This document shows, one piece after another, positions 17,611-26,524 of a DNA stretch of 33,941 bases. Source of the DNA: Caldilineales bacterium. GTDB taxonomy: Bacteria; Chloroflexota; Anaerolineae; J102. Below the pieces are notes generated by a model. The model was not told where the DNA came from and ran no database searches. It saw only the letters and a program-made list of their open reading frames with translations. Each line of letters starts with the position of its first letter. The stretch's first letter is position 1. The stretch spans positions 1 to 33,941 of the forward strand of contig JAOADB010000007.1 in assembly GCA_026417535.1 (NCBI GenBank). Direction: 5' to 3'. The position numbers and the translations under genes are program-made.

Positions 17611-18192
17611 ATGCTCACCGAATGGGGCCGCCGCAACTTCAAAACCTTCTTCGATTCCATCGCCCGGGTGTTGGTGGCGCTCCATATCACCCCCAATGTC
17701 GTTACCTTTCTTGGGTTGTTGGGCACTCTGGTGGTGGCCTACCTGATCGTGGAAGGCCGTCTGTTGGCCGCCGGGTTGCTCTACATCATCGCCGCCGGTT
17801 CCGATGCCATTGACGGCACCCTCGCGCGGCTGTTGGGCGTGCGCAACCGCTTCGGCGCCTTTTGGGATAGCACGCTCGATCGCTTGGGCGAAGCCATCGT
17901 CATCGCCAGCCTGGGCTATTGGGCGGCCCGGCAAGGGGATACGAACGGCGTGCTCATCGCCTTTGCCGCCCTGGTGACCAGTTATCTGGTCAGCTACACA
18001 CGGGCGCGGGCCGAAGGGCTGGGTATGAGCACGAAAGTGGGCATCGGCACCCGGGTCGAGCGGTTTATCATCATGGTCGTGGGCCTTGTCCTCAATCGCC
18101 CCATGATCGCTCTGGCCGTTGTCGCCGTCATGGCTGGTATCACCGTGATCCAACGCATCACCGACATCTGGCTGCAAACGCGGAAAGAATAG
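17611..18192 (+). CDS. CDP-alcohol phosphatidyltransferase (phosphatidylinositol-phosphate-synthase-like)
   Basis: TPN, DAIDGTLAR...GAFWDSTLDR, SYTRARAE and RxER motifs. Confidence 0.9.
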   Translation: MLTEWGRRNFKTFFDSIARVLVALHITPNVVTFLGLLGTLVVAYLIVEGRLLAAGLLYIIAAGSDAIDGTLARLLGVRNRFGAFWDSTLDRLGEAIVIASLGYWAARQGDTNGVLIAFAALVTSYLVSYTRARAEGLGMSTKVGIGTRVERFIIMVVGLVLNRPMIALAVVAVMAGITVIQRITDIWLQTRKE

Positions 18193-18256
18193 CCCTTTTT
18201 CTCCTTTTTGCCCGTAGCTGTTGGCTTCTGGCCTCGTCTTGACTCTTCAGACAGCG

Positions 18257-18817
18257 ATGTCGTCTTCCCCCGCAGACGAGGTAACACTGGTAGAGCGGGC
18301 CGCCCAAAGCGATCCCGATGCCATTGCTTCCCTCTACGATCGATACGCGCCCAAAATCTACAGCTACATTTATCACCGTCTCAGCGACCCGTTTTTGGCC
18401 GAAGACCTGACCGGTCAGGTCTTTTTACGCATGCTCGAAGCCCTGCGCTCTGAGCGAGGCTGGCACAGCTCGTTTTCCGGGTGGCTGTTTCGCATTGCTC
18501 ATAATCTGATCATTGACCACTATCGCCGGCGCGATCAAGCCGGGTTCGTGGCCATTGACGATGTGTACCCGTTGCCGGCCCATGATACCGATCCCTACCA
18601 AATTGCCGCCGCTCATCTCGATAGCACAGCGCTGCTCGAAGCCATCCATCGCTTGACCGAAGAACAGGCGCAGGTGATCACACTGCGTTTCCTCGAAGGC
18701 TACAGCATCAACGAAGTGGCCACACTCATGGAGAAATCGGAGGGTGCCATCAAGGCGCTCCAGTATCGCGCGGTGAACAATTTGCGCCGCTTGCTGATGG
18801 GGGAGGAACCGCTATGA
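18257..18817 (+). CDS. ECF RNA polymerase sigma factor
   Basis: LYDRY, AEDL...VF, FSGWLFRIAHN (region 2) and LTEEQ..VI.LRF...S..EVA..M.KSEGAIKALQYRA (region 4). Confidence 0.95.
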   Translation: MSSSPADEVTLVERAAQSDPDAIASLYDRYAPKIYSYIYHRLSDPFLAEDLTGQVFLRMLEALRSERGWHSSFSGWLFRIAHNLIIDHYRRRDQAGFVAIDDVYPLPAHDTDPYQIAAAHLDSTALLEAIHRLTEEQAQVITLRFLEGYSINEVATLMEKSEGAIKALQYRAVNNLRRLLMGEEPL

Positions 18818-20685
18818 GCCAGGAAGCGGCCTTTGAACGGTTTCAGCAGTTGCTGGAACGCTTGGAGCGGGGCGAGAGCACCCCAGAGGAACTGCGCGCA
18901 GCCGCGTCGGCCGAGATGGCGCCCCTCGTCGAAATGGTTCTGCACCTCCGGGCGGCAGCAGCGCCGCCACCCGACCCTGCGGCGGCGCTGGCGCGTGCCC
19001 GACAACGGGTGCTGGCATCGGTCGAGCCGCTCCCTGCGCCGGTTCCGGCCCGACCCCCTACACCGGCTCGGCGATGGACCTGGCCGGAGCTTTTCCCGCG
19101 CCGGTTACAGCCCGCTTGGGCGCTGGCCCTGCTTCTGGTGGTCCTTTTGGGCGCCCTGACCCTGGGCGGGGTGCGCGTCTCGGCGGCAGCCCTGCCCGGC
19201 GAACCCCTGTATCCCCTCAAGCGCGCCTCCGAGACCGTCGGTTTGCTCCTCACCTTTGACCCGGCAGAAAGGGCCGAACGCCTGGCCACCCTCCGCGAGC
19301 GGCGCCTACGCGAGATCGAAGCCGTGTTGGAACGCGGTTGGCAGGTCCGTGTGGACTACGAGGCCCCCCTGATCGGTCGCGAAGGCCCCTACTGGCGGGT
19401 CGGGCCTTATCTGCTGGAAGTGAGCGATGCGGCTTTGGCCCAGGTACCAACCGGTACCTGGCTGCGCGTGGTTGGCACCACCGGCGGCGACGGCATCATC
19501 CGCGTCAGCCGCTGGAGCCTGGTGCGGGTTCCTCCGCCCGTTCCCGTGGTCACGCCTACGCCGTTGTCCACGGTTACGCCCACGCCAACTCTCCTCCCGG
19601 TCGGCACCGGGGCGGAGGAAAGCCCCACGCCGTTGCCGACCCGGAGGGTCATACGGCCGCCTCAGCCTACCCCCACGCCTGTGCCCACACGCGCGCCGAC
19701 GGCGACCCGACGTCTGCCCACCACGACCCCCACCTCCTCGCCGACGCTGACGGCAACGGCCGTCATCCTGGCCCATACGGGAGTGCTCACCGTCCTCGCA
19801 AGCGACCGCCTGGTCGTGGGCGGCCTGGAGTTCGTGCCGGCGCCGGGATGGCAACCGGCCGATATCCCGCTGGGCAGTCAGGTGCGTGTGCGTTACTACG
19901 TCGCCGCCGACGGCACCCGCGTGGCCATCGGACTTGACCTGCTGGCCACGCCAGCGCCTACCCGACAACCGGCTGTGGTGGTCGTCCGCGGCGAAGTCAC
20001 GGCCCTCTCGGCCAACGCCCTCGTCGTCAATGGCGTGCGCTTCCGGATAACGGCCAGCACTGAAATCATCGGCGATTTGGCCGAAGGGGTCGAGGTCGTT
20101 GTCACCGGCCATGAAGAAGACGGGACGCTCATCGCCGACCGCATCGAGGTCATTGCGTTGCCGCCTGTGGCCTTCGATGGCCTCATTACGAGCATCGCCG
20201 GCAACCGACTGGTCATCGGCGGATACGTTGTGGATATCAGTCGCGCCGTTGTTCAGGGCACGCCTGTCATCGGCGCTTTTGCCCGCGTGAGCGGTCGCCT
20301 GCGCGCAGACGGGGTGGTGTTGGCCGATCGGGTTGTCATCGAGCCTCCCACGGCGACGCCGACCCCTGTGGCCTCGCCCACGGCGGAACCGCCGACGGCC
20401 ACACCGGTTCCGACGGAAGAACCGCCGACGGCCACGCCGATCCCGACGGAGCCACCACGCCCGACGGCCACCCCAATCCCGACGGAACCACCACCACCAA
20501 CCCCTACGTCGGCGCCTACGGAACCACCGACGACGCCGGAAGTCATGAAAGAGCCGATGACGGTCTCGGCTTTCGGCCCCCTTGCCCGGCCTGCCGTCTT
20601 CCGTCGTTTGTCCTTGGCCCCGCTCTTCGGCCGATTCCCGGGACAAAAGCCAAAAAACTCTCTGCGCACCTCTAAACTTCCTTAA
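18814..20685 (+). CDS. Membrane-anchored putative anti-sigma factor with DUF5667-like and repeated DUF5666-like domains and Pro/Thr-rich linkers
   Basis: ATGA overlap with the sigma gene; one TM helix; ALPGEPLYPLKRASE signature; repeated G.V/IT.....LVV.G..F beta domains. The true 3' end may be near 20548. Confidence 0.8.
   Translation: MSQEAAFERFQQLLERLERGESTPEELRAAASAEMAPLVEMVLHLRAAAAPPPDPAAALARARQRVLASVEPLPAPVPARPPTPARRWTWPELFPRRLQPAWALALLLVVLLGALTLGGVRVSAAALPGEPLYPLKRASETVGLLLTFDPAERAERLATLRERRLREIEAVLERGWQVRVDYEAPLIGREGPYWRVGPYLLEVSDAALAQVPTGTWLRVVGTTGGDGIIRVSRWSLVRVPPPVPVVTPTPLSTVTPTPTLLPVGTGAEESPTPLPTRRVIRPPQPTPTPVPTRAPTATRRLPTTTPTSSPTLTATAVILAHTGVLTVLASDRLVVGGLEFVPAPGWQPADIPLGSQVRVRYYVAADGTRVAIGLDLLATPAPTRQPAVVVVRGEVTALSANALVVNGVRFRITASTEIIGDLAEGVEVVVTGHEEDGTLIADRIEVIALPPVAFDGLITSIAGNRLVIGGYVVDISRAVVQGTPVIGAFARVSGRLRADGVVLADRVVIEPPTATPTPVASPTAEPPTATPVPTEEPPTATPIPTEPPRPTATPIPTEPPPPTPTSAPTEPPTTPEVMKEPMTVSAFGPLARPAVFRRLSLAPLFGRFPGQKPKNSLRTSKLP
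20341..20538 (+). repeat. Coding tandem repeat EPPTATP(I/V)PT
   Basis: About 5-6 imperfect copies visible in both protein and DNA. Confidence 0.8.
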
Positions 20686-20737
20686 GTTCCCTCAAGCTCC
20701 CTCAAAACTCCCCCAAGCTCCTCCGAATTCCCCCTCA
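20671..20737. repeat. 9-11-nt tandem repeat (CTCAAGCTCC-like)
   Basis: TCTAAACTTC CTTAAGTTCC CTCAAGCTCC CTCAAAACTCC CCCAAGCTCC TCCGAATTCC. Confidence 0.7.
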
Positions 20738-20772
20738 GTTCGTCGTACAACCGAATCAGGAGCATTTCCCCC

Positions 20773-21855
20773 ATGCCCACTGTTCCTTTGCATCCCCCAC
20801 GTCTCGCCCAAACCTGGGCTTCTCCGATCATCCTGGCCCAAGGATCCCAATTGCGACAACCCGTTCTCGCCGTTACGAGCGGTCGGCTCGATTTGTTCTG
20901 GGAAGGTCAGAACGCCATCTACCATCGCTACTGCGACGGCAGCGCTTGGCAACCGCCGATGCGCCTGGTGGGTGGTCGGCAACCTGTGGCCGTGTACGAC
21001 CGCAACGGCGCGCTCCATCTGGCCTTTGCCAACGACTACTCGGGCCGTTACGAGATTTACTACACGGTGCACAAAGGCCACGCCTGGAGTCTGCCCCAGA
21101 ATGTCTCGCTGACGCCCAGAACATCGGCCTACCCTCAGGTGGTGATCGCGCCGGACGGCGTCGTCCATCTGCTGTGGGAGGATGATTCGCCCGGCTATGC
21201 CGTCGTCTACCATGCCCGCCAGCGTGCGGCCTGGCGTTGGGACGGCCGCCCGATCCCCCATGCCGCTGGGCGCCGACCCTGCGGCGCCTTCGACACGACC
21301 GGGCGCCTGCACGTCGTCTTCCAGACGGGCGACGAGGGTTGGACGAGCGGAGATGTGTTTTACACCTGCTGGGATGGCAGGGCCTGGTCGTCGCCACAGC
21401 GCCTGTCCGACGGAACCCATCCGGCGGCCGGCCCCCGCCTCGTGGTAGACGGCGCCGATACCGTCCACGTGGTCTGGAGGGAACGGGGTGAATCGCACGA
21501 GCGGATCGTGTACACCCGCGCCCAAAGCCAGGGCTGGAGCGAGCCGCAACCGCTCAGCGCGCCCCTGGAACGGGGTGGGTGGCCGGCGCTGGCTGCTGGG
21601 AACGGCCTGGTGGCCGCCGTTTGGGACTATTTGGAGACCTTAGAGTACAGCGCCTGCCCGACCGGGCAAGGGGAGTGGCAGGCGATCGAGTTGGCCGTGG
21701 CCGAGAATTATCGGCCGCAAGAGCCTTGGCTGGCCCTGGCCGAGAGCGGTGAGGCGCATCTCGTGTGGCTGTGCGCCAACGCGCAGGGTGAAACCGAGGT
21801 TCATTACACGCGTCGGCATGGGCAAGAACATCGGGTGTTTCTGCCCAAGGTGTGA
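20773..21855 (+). CDS. Beta-propeller repeat protein (BNR/sialidase-like blades) with C-terminal VFLPKV
   Basis: AGGAG RBS; repeated W.S.P..L/VS, P.L.VD..G.LH.VW and I.Y.. units. Confidence 0.75.
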   Translation: MPTVPLHPPRLAQTWASPIILAQGSQLRQPVLAVTSGRLDLFWEGQNAIYHRYCDGSAWQPPMRLVGGRQPVAVYDRNGALHLAFANDYSGRYEIYYTVHKGHAWSLPQNVSLTPRTSAYPQVVIAPDGVVHLLWEDDSPGYAVVYHARQRAAWRWDGRPIPHAAGRRPCGAFDTTGRLHVVFQTGDEGWTSGDVFYTCWDGRAWSSPQRLSDGTHPAAGPRLVVDGADTVHVVWRERGESHERIVYTRAQSQGWSEPQPLSAPLERGGWPALAAGNGLVAAVWDYLETLEYSACPTGQGEWQAIELAVAENYRPQEPWLALAESGEAHLVWLCANAQGETEVHYTRRHGQEHRVFLPKV

Positions 21856-21871
21856 TGGGCCGTCGGCAACT

Positions 21872-21901
21872 TTGCCAATTCGACCCTATTCCGGCTAAAA
21901 T
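21872..21901 (+). promoter_or_regulatory. Sigma70-type promoter for ffh
   Basis: TTGCCA-N18-TAAAAT. Confidence 0.6.
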
Positions 21902-21945
21902 GAAGAGTTGGCGCGTTTGACAACCGCCCGTTTCTTCCCGTCGCC

Positions 21946-23283
21946 ATGTTCGATACCCTTACTGCCAAACTCCAACAGGTTTTTGACAAGATGGGCCGTC
22001 GCGGCCGGCTATCCGAAGCCGACGTCGACGCGGCCTTGCGCGAGGTGCGTCTGGCTCTGCTGGAAGCCGATGTCAACTACAAGGTCGTCAAGGATTTCAT
22101 CGCCCGCGTGCGCGAGCGGGCCATCGGCGCCGAGGTGTTGCGCAGCCTGACCCCGGCCCAGCAGGTGATCAAGATCGTCCACGAGGAGCTCATCGCCACG
22201 CTGGGCGAACCCGCGCGTCTCGACCTGTCCGGACAGCCGCCCCACGTCATCATGCTGGTCGGCCTGCAGGGTTCGGGCAAGACGACTATGGCCGCCAAAT
22301 TGGCCAATCGTCTGCGCTCTTCGGGCCAGCGGCCCCTACTCATCGCCGCCGACACCTACCGGCCTGCCGCCGTCACCCAGCTGGAGGTGCTGGGTCGCCA
22401 GATTGACATCCCAGTCCACAGCGAGGGTATCGAACCACCGCCGCCCGAAATCGTGCGTCGTGGTCTGCGCCGCGCCCGTGAGGAGGCCCGCACCGTGGTC
22501 ATCATTGACACGGCCGGCCGTCTCAACATTGACGAGCAGATGATGGAAGAGCTCGTCCAGATCAAGGCCATCGCCAAACCGTGCGAGGTCTTGCTGGTGG
22601 CCGATGCCATGACCGGTCAGGAGGCCGTGCGCGTGGCCCAGGACTTCCATCATCGCGTGGGGCTGACCGGGTTGGTGCTGACGAAAATTGATGGCGATGC
22701 CCGCGGGGGCGCGGCCATTTCGATGCGCGCCGTTACGGGTGTGCCCATCAAGTTCCTCGGCACCAGCGAGAAGATAGACGGCATCGAGGTCTTCCATCCC
22801 GACCGACTGGCCTCCCGCATCTTGGGCATGGGCGATGTCCTGACCATGATCGAAAAGGCCCAGGCCACCATGGACCAGGAAGAAGCCCAGCGGCTGGAGA
22901 AAAAGCTGCGCACGGCGACTTTCGACCTCGATGATTTCCTCAAGCAGATGCGCCAGCTCAAGAAAATGGGCCCGCTCACCGGCCTGCTCGAGATGATCCC
23001 CGGCGTGGGGCGCCTGGCCAAGGAACTCGACCCACAAACGACCGAAAAGCAGCTGCGCCGGATTGAGGCCATCATCTGCTCGATGACGCCGGAAGAGCGT
23101 CGCGATCCCTCCATCCTCAATGCCAGTCGGCGCCGGCGAATCGCCGCCGGTTCCGGAACAACGGTCCAGGAGGTCAACGACTTGCTTCGTCAGTTCCGCG
23201 AGATGCAGCGCCTGATGAAACAGCTGCAACAGAGCGGTCGCCGCGGCGGAATGGGCGGTTTGGGCCGGATGTTCGGGCTTTGA
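21946..23283 (+). CDS. ffh: Signal recognition particle protein
   Basis: ALLEADV, GLQGSGKTT, DTAGR and TKIDGDARGG motifs plus the M-domain. Confidence 0.99.
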   Translation: MFDTLTAKLQQVFDKMGRRGRLSEADVDAALREVRLALLEADVNYKVVKDFIARVRERAIGAEVLRSLTPAQQVIKIVHEELIATLGEPARLDLSGQPPHVIMLVGLQGSGKTTMAAKLANRLRSSGQRPLLIAADTYRPAAVTQLEVLGRQIDIPVHSEGIEPPPPEIVRRGLRRAREEARTVVIIDTAGRLNIDEQMMEELVQIKAIAKPCEVLLVADAMTGQEAVRVAQDFHHRVGLTGLVLTKIDGDARGGAAISMRAVTGVPIKFLGTSEKIDGIEVFHPDRLASRILGMGDVLTMIEKAQATMDQEEAQRLEKKLRTATFDLDDFLKQMRQLKKMGPLTGLLEMIPGVGRLAKELDPQTTEKQLRRIEAIICSMTPEERRDPSILNASRRRRIAAGSGTTVQEVNDLLRQFREMQRLMKQLQQSGRRGGMGGLGRMFGL

Positions 23284-23341
23284 GTGGTAACGGGTTAACG
23301 AGTAACTGGTCGTTTTTTGTTGTCAATTGGCCTAAAACCGT

Positions 23342-23379
23342 GACGAAGGACGAAAAAATTCCCTCCTTCGTCTTTCGTC
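23342..23379. repeat. GACGRWR heptamer inverted-tandem repeat (2+2 units)
   Basis: GACGAAG GACGAAA ... CTTCGTC TTTCGTC, between ffh and rpsP. Confidence 0.8.
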
Positions 23380-23457
23380 CTCCTTTTCTGACAACCCGCT
23401 TGCAAAACCTTTCGTACTGGCTCATGACAGCCGATTTTTCAGGAGTTACACTCACCT

Positions 23458-23724
23458 ATGGTTCGTATCCGTCTTCGTCGTACCGGTTCCACCAAACAGG
23501 CCTCGTATCGCGTGGTCGTAGCCGATCAACGCGCTCCACGCGACGGCCGTTTCATCGAGAATCTCGGTTACTACAATCCCCGCACCAATCCCCCCACCTT
23601 TGAAATCAACCGCGAGCGCCTGGCCTACTGGCTGAGCCAGGGCGCCCAGCCCAGCGACTCGGTGGCGCAGATGCTGCGCAGCTTTGGCTTTACCTCGGAG
23701 CCGAGCAAAGCCACCGAAGCCTGA
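23458..23724 (+). CDS. rpsP: 30S ribosomal protein S16
   Basis: MVRIRLRR, YRVVVAD.R.PRDGRFIE and GAQPSDSV motifs. Confidence 0.99.
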   Translation: MVRIRLRRTGSTKQASYRVVVADQRAPRDGRFIENLGYYNPRTNPPTFEINRERLAYWLSQGAQPSDSVAQMLRSFGFTSEPSKATEA

Positions 23725-23811
23725 TCCCACCCTTCCCTCTTTTCACACGACCGACATTCCCCATCACCGCCCGTCTGGGCGAGGATGGGGAATGTTTTGG
23801 GGGATTCGTCG

Positions 23812-24039
23812 ATGAAAGACCTTGTCGAGTTCATCGCCCGTGAACTGGTTCAGGAGCCGGAACGGATTGTCGTTTCGTCCCGCCGGACCGGCTCGAATCT
23901 CCATCTGGCCATCCATGCCGCTGGCGACGATCTGGGCCGGTTGATCGGCCGTCAGGGCCGCACGGCCGAAGCCATCCGCATCCTGGCCCGGGTGGCCGGC
24001 GCGCGCAAAGGTCTGAAAGTGACGGTGGATATCGAGTGA
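23812..24039 (+). CDS. khpA: KH-domain RNA-binding protein
   Basis: MKDLVEFIA, DLGRLIGRQGRTA.AIR; canonical position after rpsP. Confidence 0.93.
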   Translation: MKDLVEFIARELVQEPERIVVSSRRTGSNLHLAIHAAGDDLGRLIGRQGRTAEAIRILARVAGARKGLKVTVDIE

Positions 24040-24560
24040 AGTCCATGATCGTGGGCCGGATCGTGGCCCCTCACGGCGTGCGCGGGGAGGTCAAGGTGGA
24101 AGTCATGACCGATTTCCCCGAACGCTTTGCCGTGGGTTCGGAGGTGTGGCTAGAGGGCGAGGAAGAGCCCCGGCGGGTGCTCTCCTCGCGGCCCTATCGC
24201 GGCTTTTTGTTGATTCGCCTGACCGGTTATCCAACTCGCACCGAGGTCGAGTCGTTGCGCGGCCGTTTTCTGGAGATACCGCGCGAATGGGCGCGACCCT
24301 TGCCGGAAGGCGAGTACTACAGCGATGAATTGGAGGGCTTAACGGTTGTTACGACAACCGGTATCGAATTGGGAGTTTTGCGCGAAGTCTGGTGGACAGG
24401 GTCAAATGAGGTCTATGTGACGCAAGGGGCCTGGGGTGAGGTGCTTTTGCCGGCTATTGCCGAAGTCGTGCAAGAGGTTGATTTGCAAAATCGGCGACTT
24501 GTGGTAAAGTTGCTGCCGGGGCTGGTTCCGGCCCTGGACGGCAGCGACGAGGCGGACTGA
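24036..24560 (+). CDS. rimM: Ribosome maturation factor RimM
   Basis: VGRIVAPHGVRGEVKV, LPEGEYY..EL.G, TGSNEVY and LLPAI motifs. Confidence 0.97.
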   Translation: MKSMIVGRIVAPHGVRGEVKVEVMTDFPERFAVGSEVWLEGEEEPRRVLSSRPYRGFLLIRLTGYPTRTEVESLRGRFLEIPREWARPLPEGEYYSDELEGLTVVTTTGIELGVLREVWWTGSNEVYVTQGAWGEVLLPAIAEVVQEVDLQNRRLVVKLLPGLVPALDGSDEAD

Positions 24561-24707
24561 ACCGTCCGCCCTTGCGATAGCGCCCGATCTCGTTCGTCCT
24601 CCGGTGGAAGCGCCATGGCGAGACGCTCCATCGGGTACAACGGCGTTTTCTCCGATGGACCGCAGGAGAGGGCCTCTCCGGCGGTGTTCTCTGTGGCGGA
24701 GGCAGCG

Positions 24708-25355
24708 ATGAGGTCCGTATGGCTCATACCTCTGGCAGCGATTCTGGTTCTGTTCGGCAGTCTGACTTTGCCCGTTCCGGCCCAGGCAGCGCCGGGTTCT
24801 GGTGGCACGGTCCATATCGTGCGCCGGGGCGAAACCCTTACCCAAATCGCCCGGCGCTATGGCGTTTCGGTGCGCGCTCTGGCGGCGGCCAACGGCATCG
24901 CCAACATCAATCGGATTTACGTGGGCCAGCGACTCATCATCCCGGCCAGGGGCGGACAGGCCGCCGCACCGGCAGCACCCTCGGTTTCGGCGCCGGCCGG
25001 CGCTCGGCGCTGGATCGAGATTGACCTCTCGCGCCAGCGGCTGATCGCCCACGAAGGCGATCGGATCGTGCTGAATGTGCCCGTCAGCACCGGATTGCGC
25101 AACACGCCCACGCCCGTGGGCACATTTCGCATCCGCAGCAAGGTGCGCAGCCAGACCATGTCAGGCCCTGGCTATCGGCTGCCCAACGTGCAGTGGGTCA
25201 TGTACTTCGTGGGCAACTACGCCATCCACGGCACGTACTGGCACAACAACTTCGGCCGACCCATGAGCCACGGCTGTGTGAACCTGCGCAATGCCGATGC
25301 GCGATTCCTTTACCATTGGGCCGGCTACGGCACACCGGTCGTCATTCATCGCTAA
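24708..25355 (+). CDS. Secreted LysM + L,D-transpeptidase (YkuD) protein
   Basis: GGAGG RBS; signal peptide (AQA); Lys[17 protein letters not shown]; catalytic IHGTYWH...SHGCVNL. Confidence 0.93.
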   Translation: MRSVWLIPLAAILVLFGSLTLPVPAQAAPGSGGTVHIVRRGETLTQIARRYGVSVRALAAANGIANINRIYVGQRLIIPARGGQAAAPAAPSVSAPAGARRWIEIDLSRQRLIAHEGDRIVLNVPVSTGLRNTPTPVGTFRIRSKVRSQTMSGPGYRLPNVQWVMYFVGNYAIHGTYWHNNFGRPMSHGCVNLRNADARFLYHWAGYGTPVVIHR

Positions 25356-26356
25356 GGCGTTGCCGAGTGAACGGCGCGGCGACGACCTCGGCCGGTATTG
25401 TCTTCGACCTCGGTTACGGTTTTGTCCAAGAGCCGCCGAAAGCGGGGATCGAGCATGACCGTGCGGCGCAGACCCTCCTCCAGTGAGACCTGCGGTTGGT
25501 AATCGAGGAGGGCAGCGGCTTTCTCGAGATCGGCCAGGAGCCGGTTGACCCCGCCGCTTTGTTGTTCGTTGTAAAGCACGCGGGCGGTGCGGCCCGTGAC
25601 CTTTTCAACCAACCGGATCAGCTCCTCGACGCTGGTCTCACGACCGCTGCCGACGTTGATGACCTGGCGGTCTACCCCCTCGCGCAGGCCGGCTTCGATG
25701 AGGGCGTTCACGACGTCGTCAATGTACACGTAGTCGCGCGTCTGCTTGCCGCTGCCGAAGACGACGAAGGTGCCGCCGTTGAGGACCTGATGGATGAGCT
25801 GTGGCACCACGGGCGGGTAGGCCGGCGGCAAGGCCTGGCCAGGGCCATAGGCGTTGAAAATCCGCAAGGCCACCGTTTCGATGCCGTAATGCACGCCCAA
25901 GGTGAACATGTAGTGCTCGGCGGCGAACTTGCTAACGGCATACGGGGTCAGCAGCTGAGGCACCACCGTCTCGTCCACGGGTTGGCGTTTCTGGTCGCCG
26001 TAAATGGTACCCGACGAGGCCAAAACCACGCGACGAATTCCGGTGGCGCGCATGGCCTCCATGAGGGTAACGGTGCCGCCGACGTTGACGTCGTTGTAAT
26101 CGCGCGGGTAGAGGATGGATTGGGGCAAGGAGACCCGCGCCGCCAGGTGATAGACGCAGTCAATGCCGTGCAGTTGGGTCCACAGCTTGGGCAGATCGCG
26201 CACGTCCCCGCGCTGGAAGAGGACGCGCTCGTCCAAAGCGTCCGGGTCGCCGGCACTGAGGTCGTCAATGACGCGGACGTGATGGCCCAATTCAACCAGG
26301 CGTTTGGCCAGATGGCGACCGATGAATCCGGCTCCTCCGGTGATGAGAAAGTTCAT
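25352..26356 (-). CDS. NAD-dependent nucleotide-sugar epimerase/dehydratase (UDP-glucose 4-epimerase-like)
   Basis: Start [13 protein letters not shown] after an AGGAG RBS; HLAA, YAVSK, FNAYGP and RDYVYIDD motifs. Confidence 0.92.
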   Translation of the reverse strand: MNFLITGGAGFIGRHLAKRLVELGHHVRVIDDLSAGDPDALDERVLFQRGDVRDLPKLWTQLHGIDCVYHLAARVSLPQSILYPRDYNDVNVGGTVTLMEAMRATGIRRVVLASSGTIYGDQKRQPVDETVVPQLLTPYAVSKFAAEHYMFTLGVHYGIETVALRIFNAYGPGQALPPAYPPVVPQLIHQVLNGGTFVVFGSGKQTRDYVYIDDVVNALIEAGLREGVDRQVINVGSGRETSVEELIRLVEKVTGRTARVLYNEQQSGGVNRLLADLEKAAALLDYQPQVSLEEGLRRTVMLDPRFRRLLDKTVTEVEDNTGRGRRRAVHSATP

Positions 26357-26465
26357 AGCTCCTGTTGGGGGACGGAAGGCGAGGGATGGACAAGGGAGGA
26401 CGGGCGAATTCAGGGTCTGCCCTCCCATGGCCGCTTTGTGAACGTAGCGCGCTGAACCGTTCGTC

Positions 26466-26494
26466 ATTCTAACGAGGCGGACGGACTTGGGCAA
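26466..26494 (-). promoter_or_regulatory. Sigma70-type promoter for the epimerase gene
   Basis: Minus strand TTGCCC-N17-TAGAAT. Confidence 0.55.
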
Positions 26495-26524
26495 TTTTGG
26501 CTTGGTTCCGCGCACGGGGGGAGA

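Noticed and set aside
8164-18192. Archaeal-type ether-lipid pathway (IDI-2, GGPP synthase, CDP-alcohol transferase)
   Set aside because: No GGGP/DGGGP synthase or G1P dehydrogenase in the window, and the genes are not clustered.
24561-24707. Possible c-di-AMP (ydaO) riboswitch before the LysM gene
   Set aside because: Hairpins are present but I could not find the conserved ydaO sequence blocks; an Rfam search is needed.
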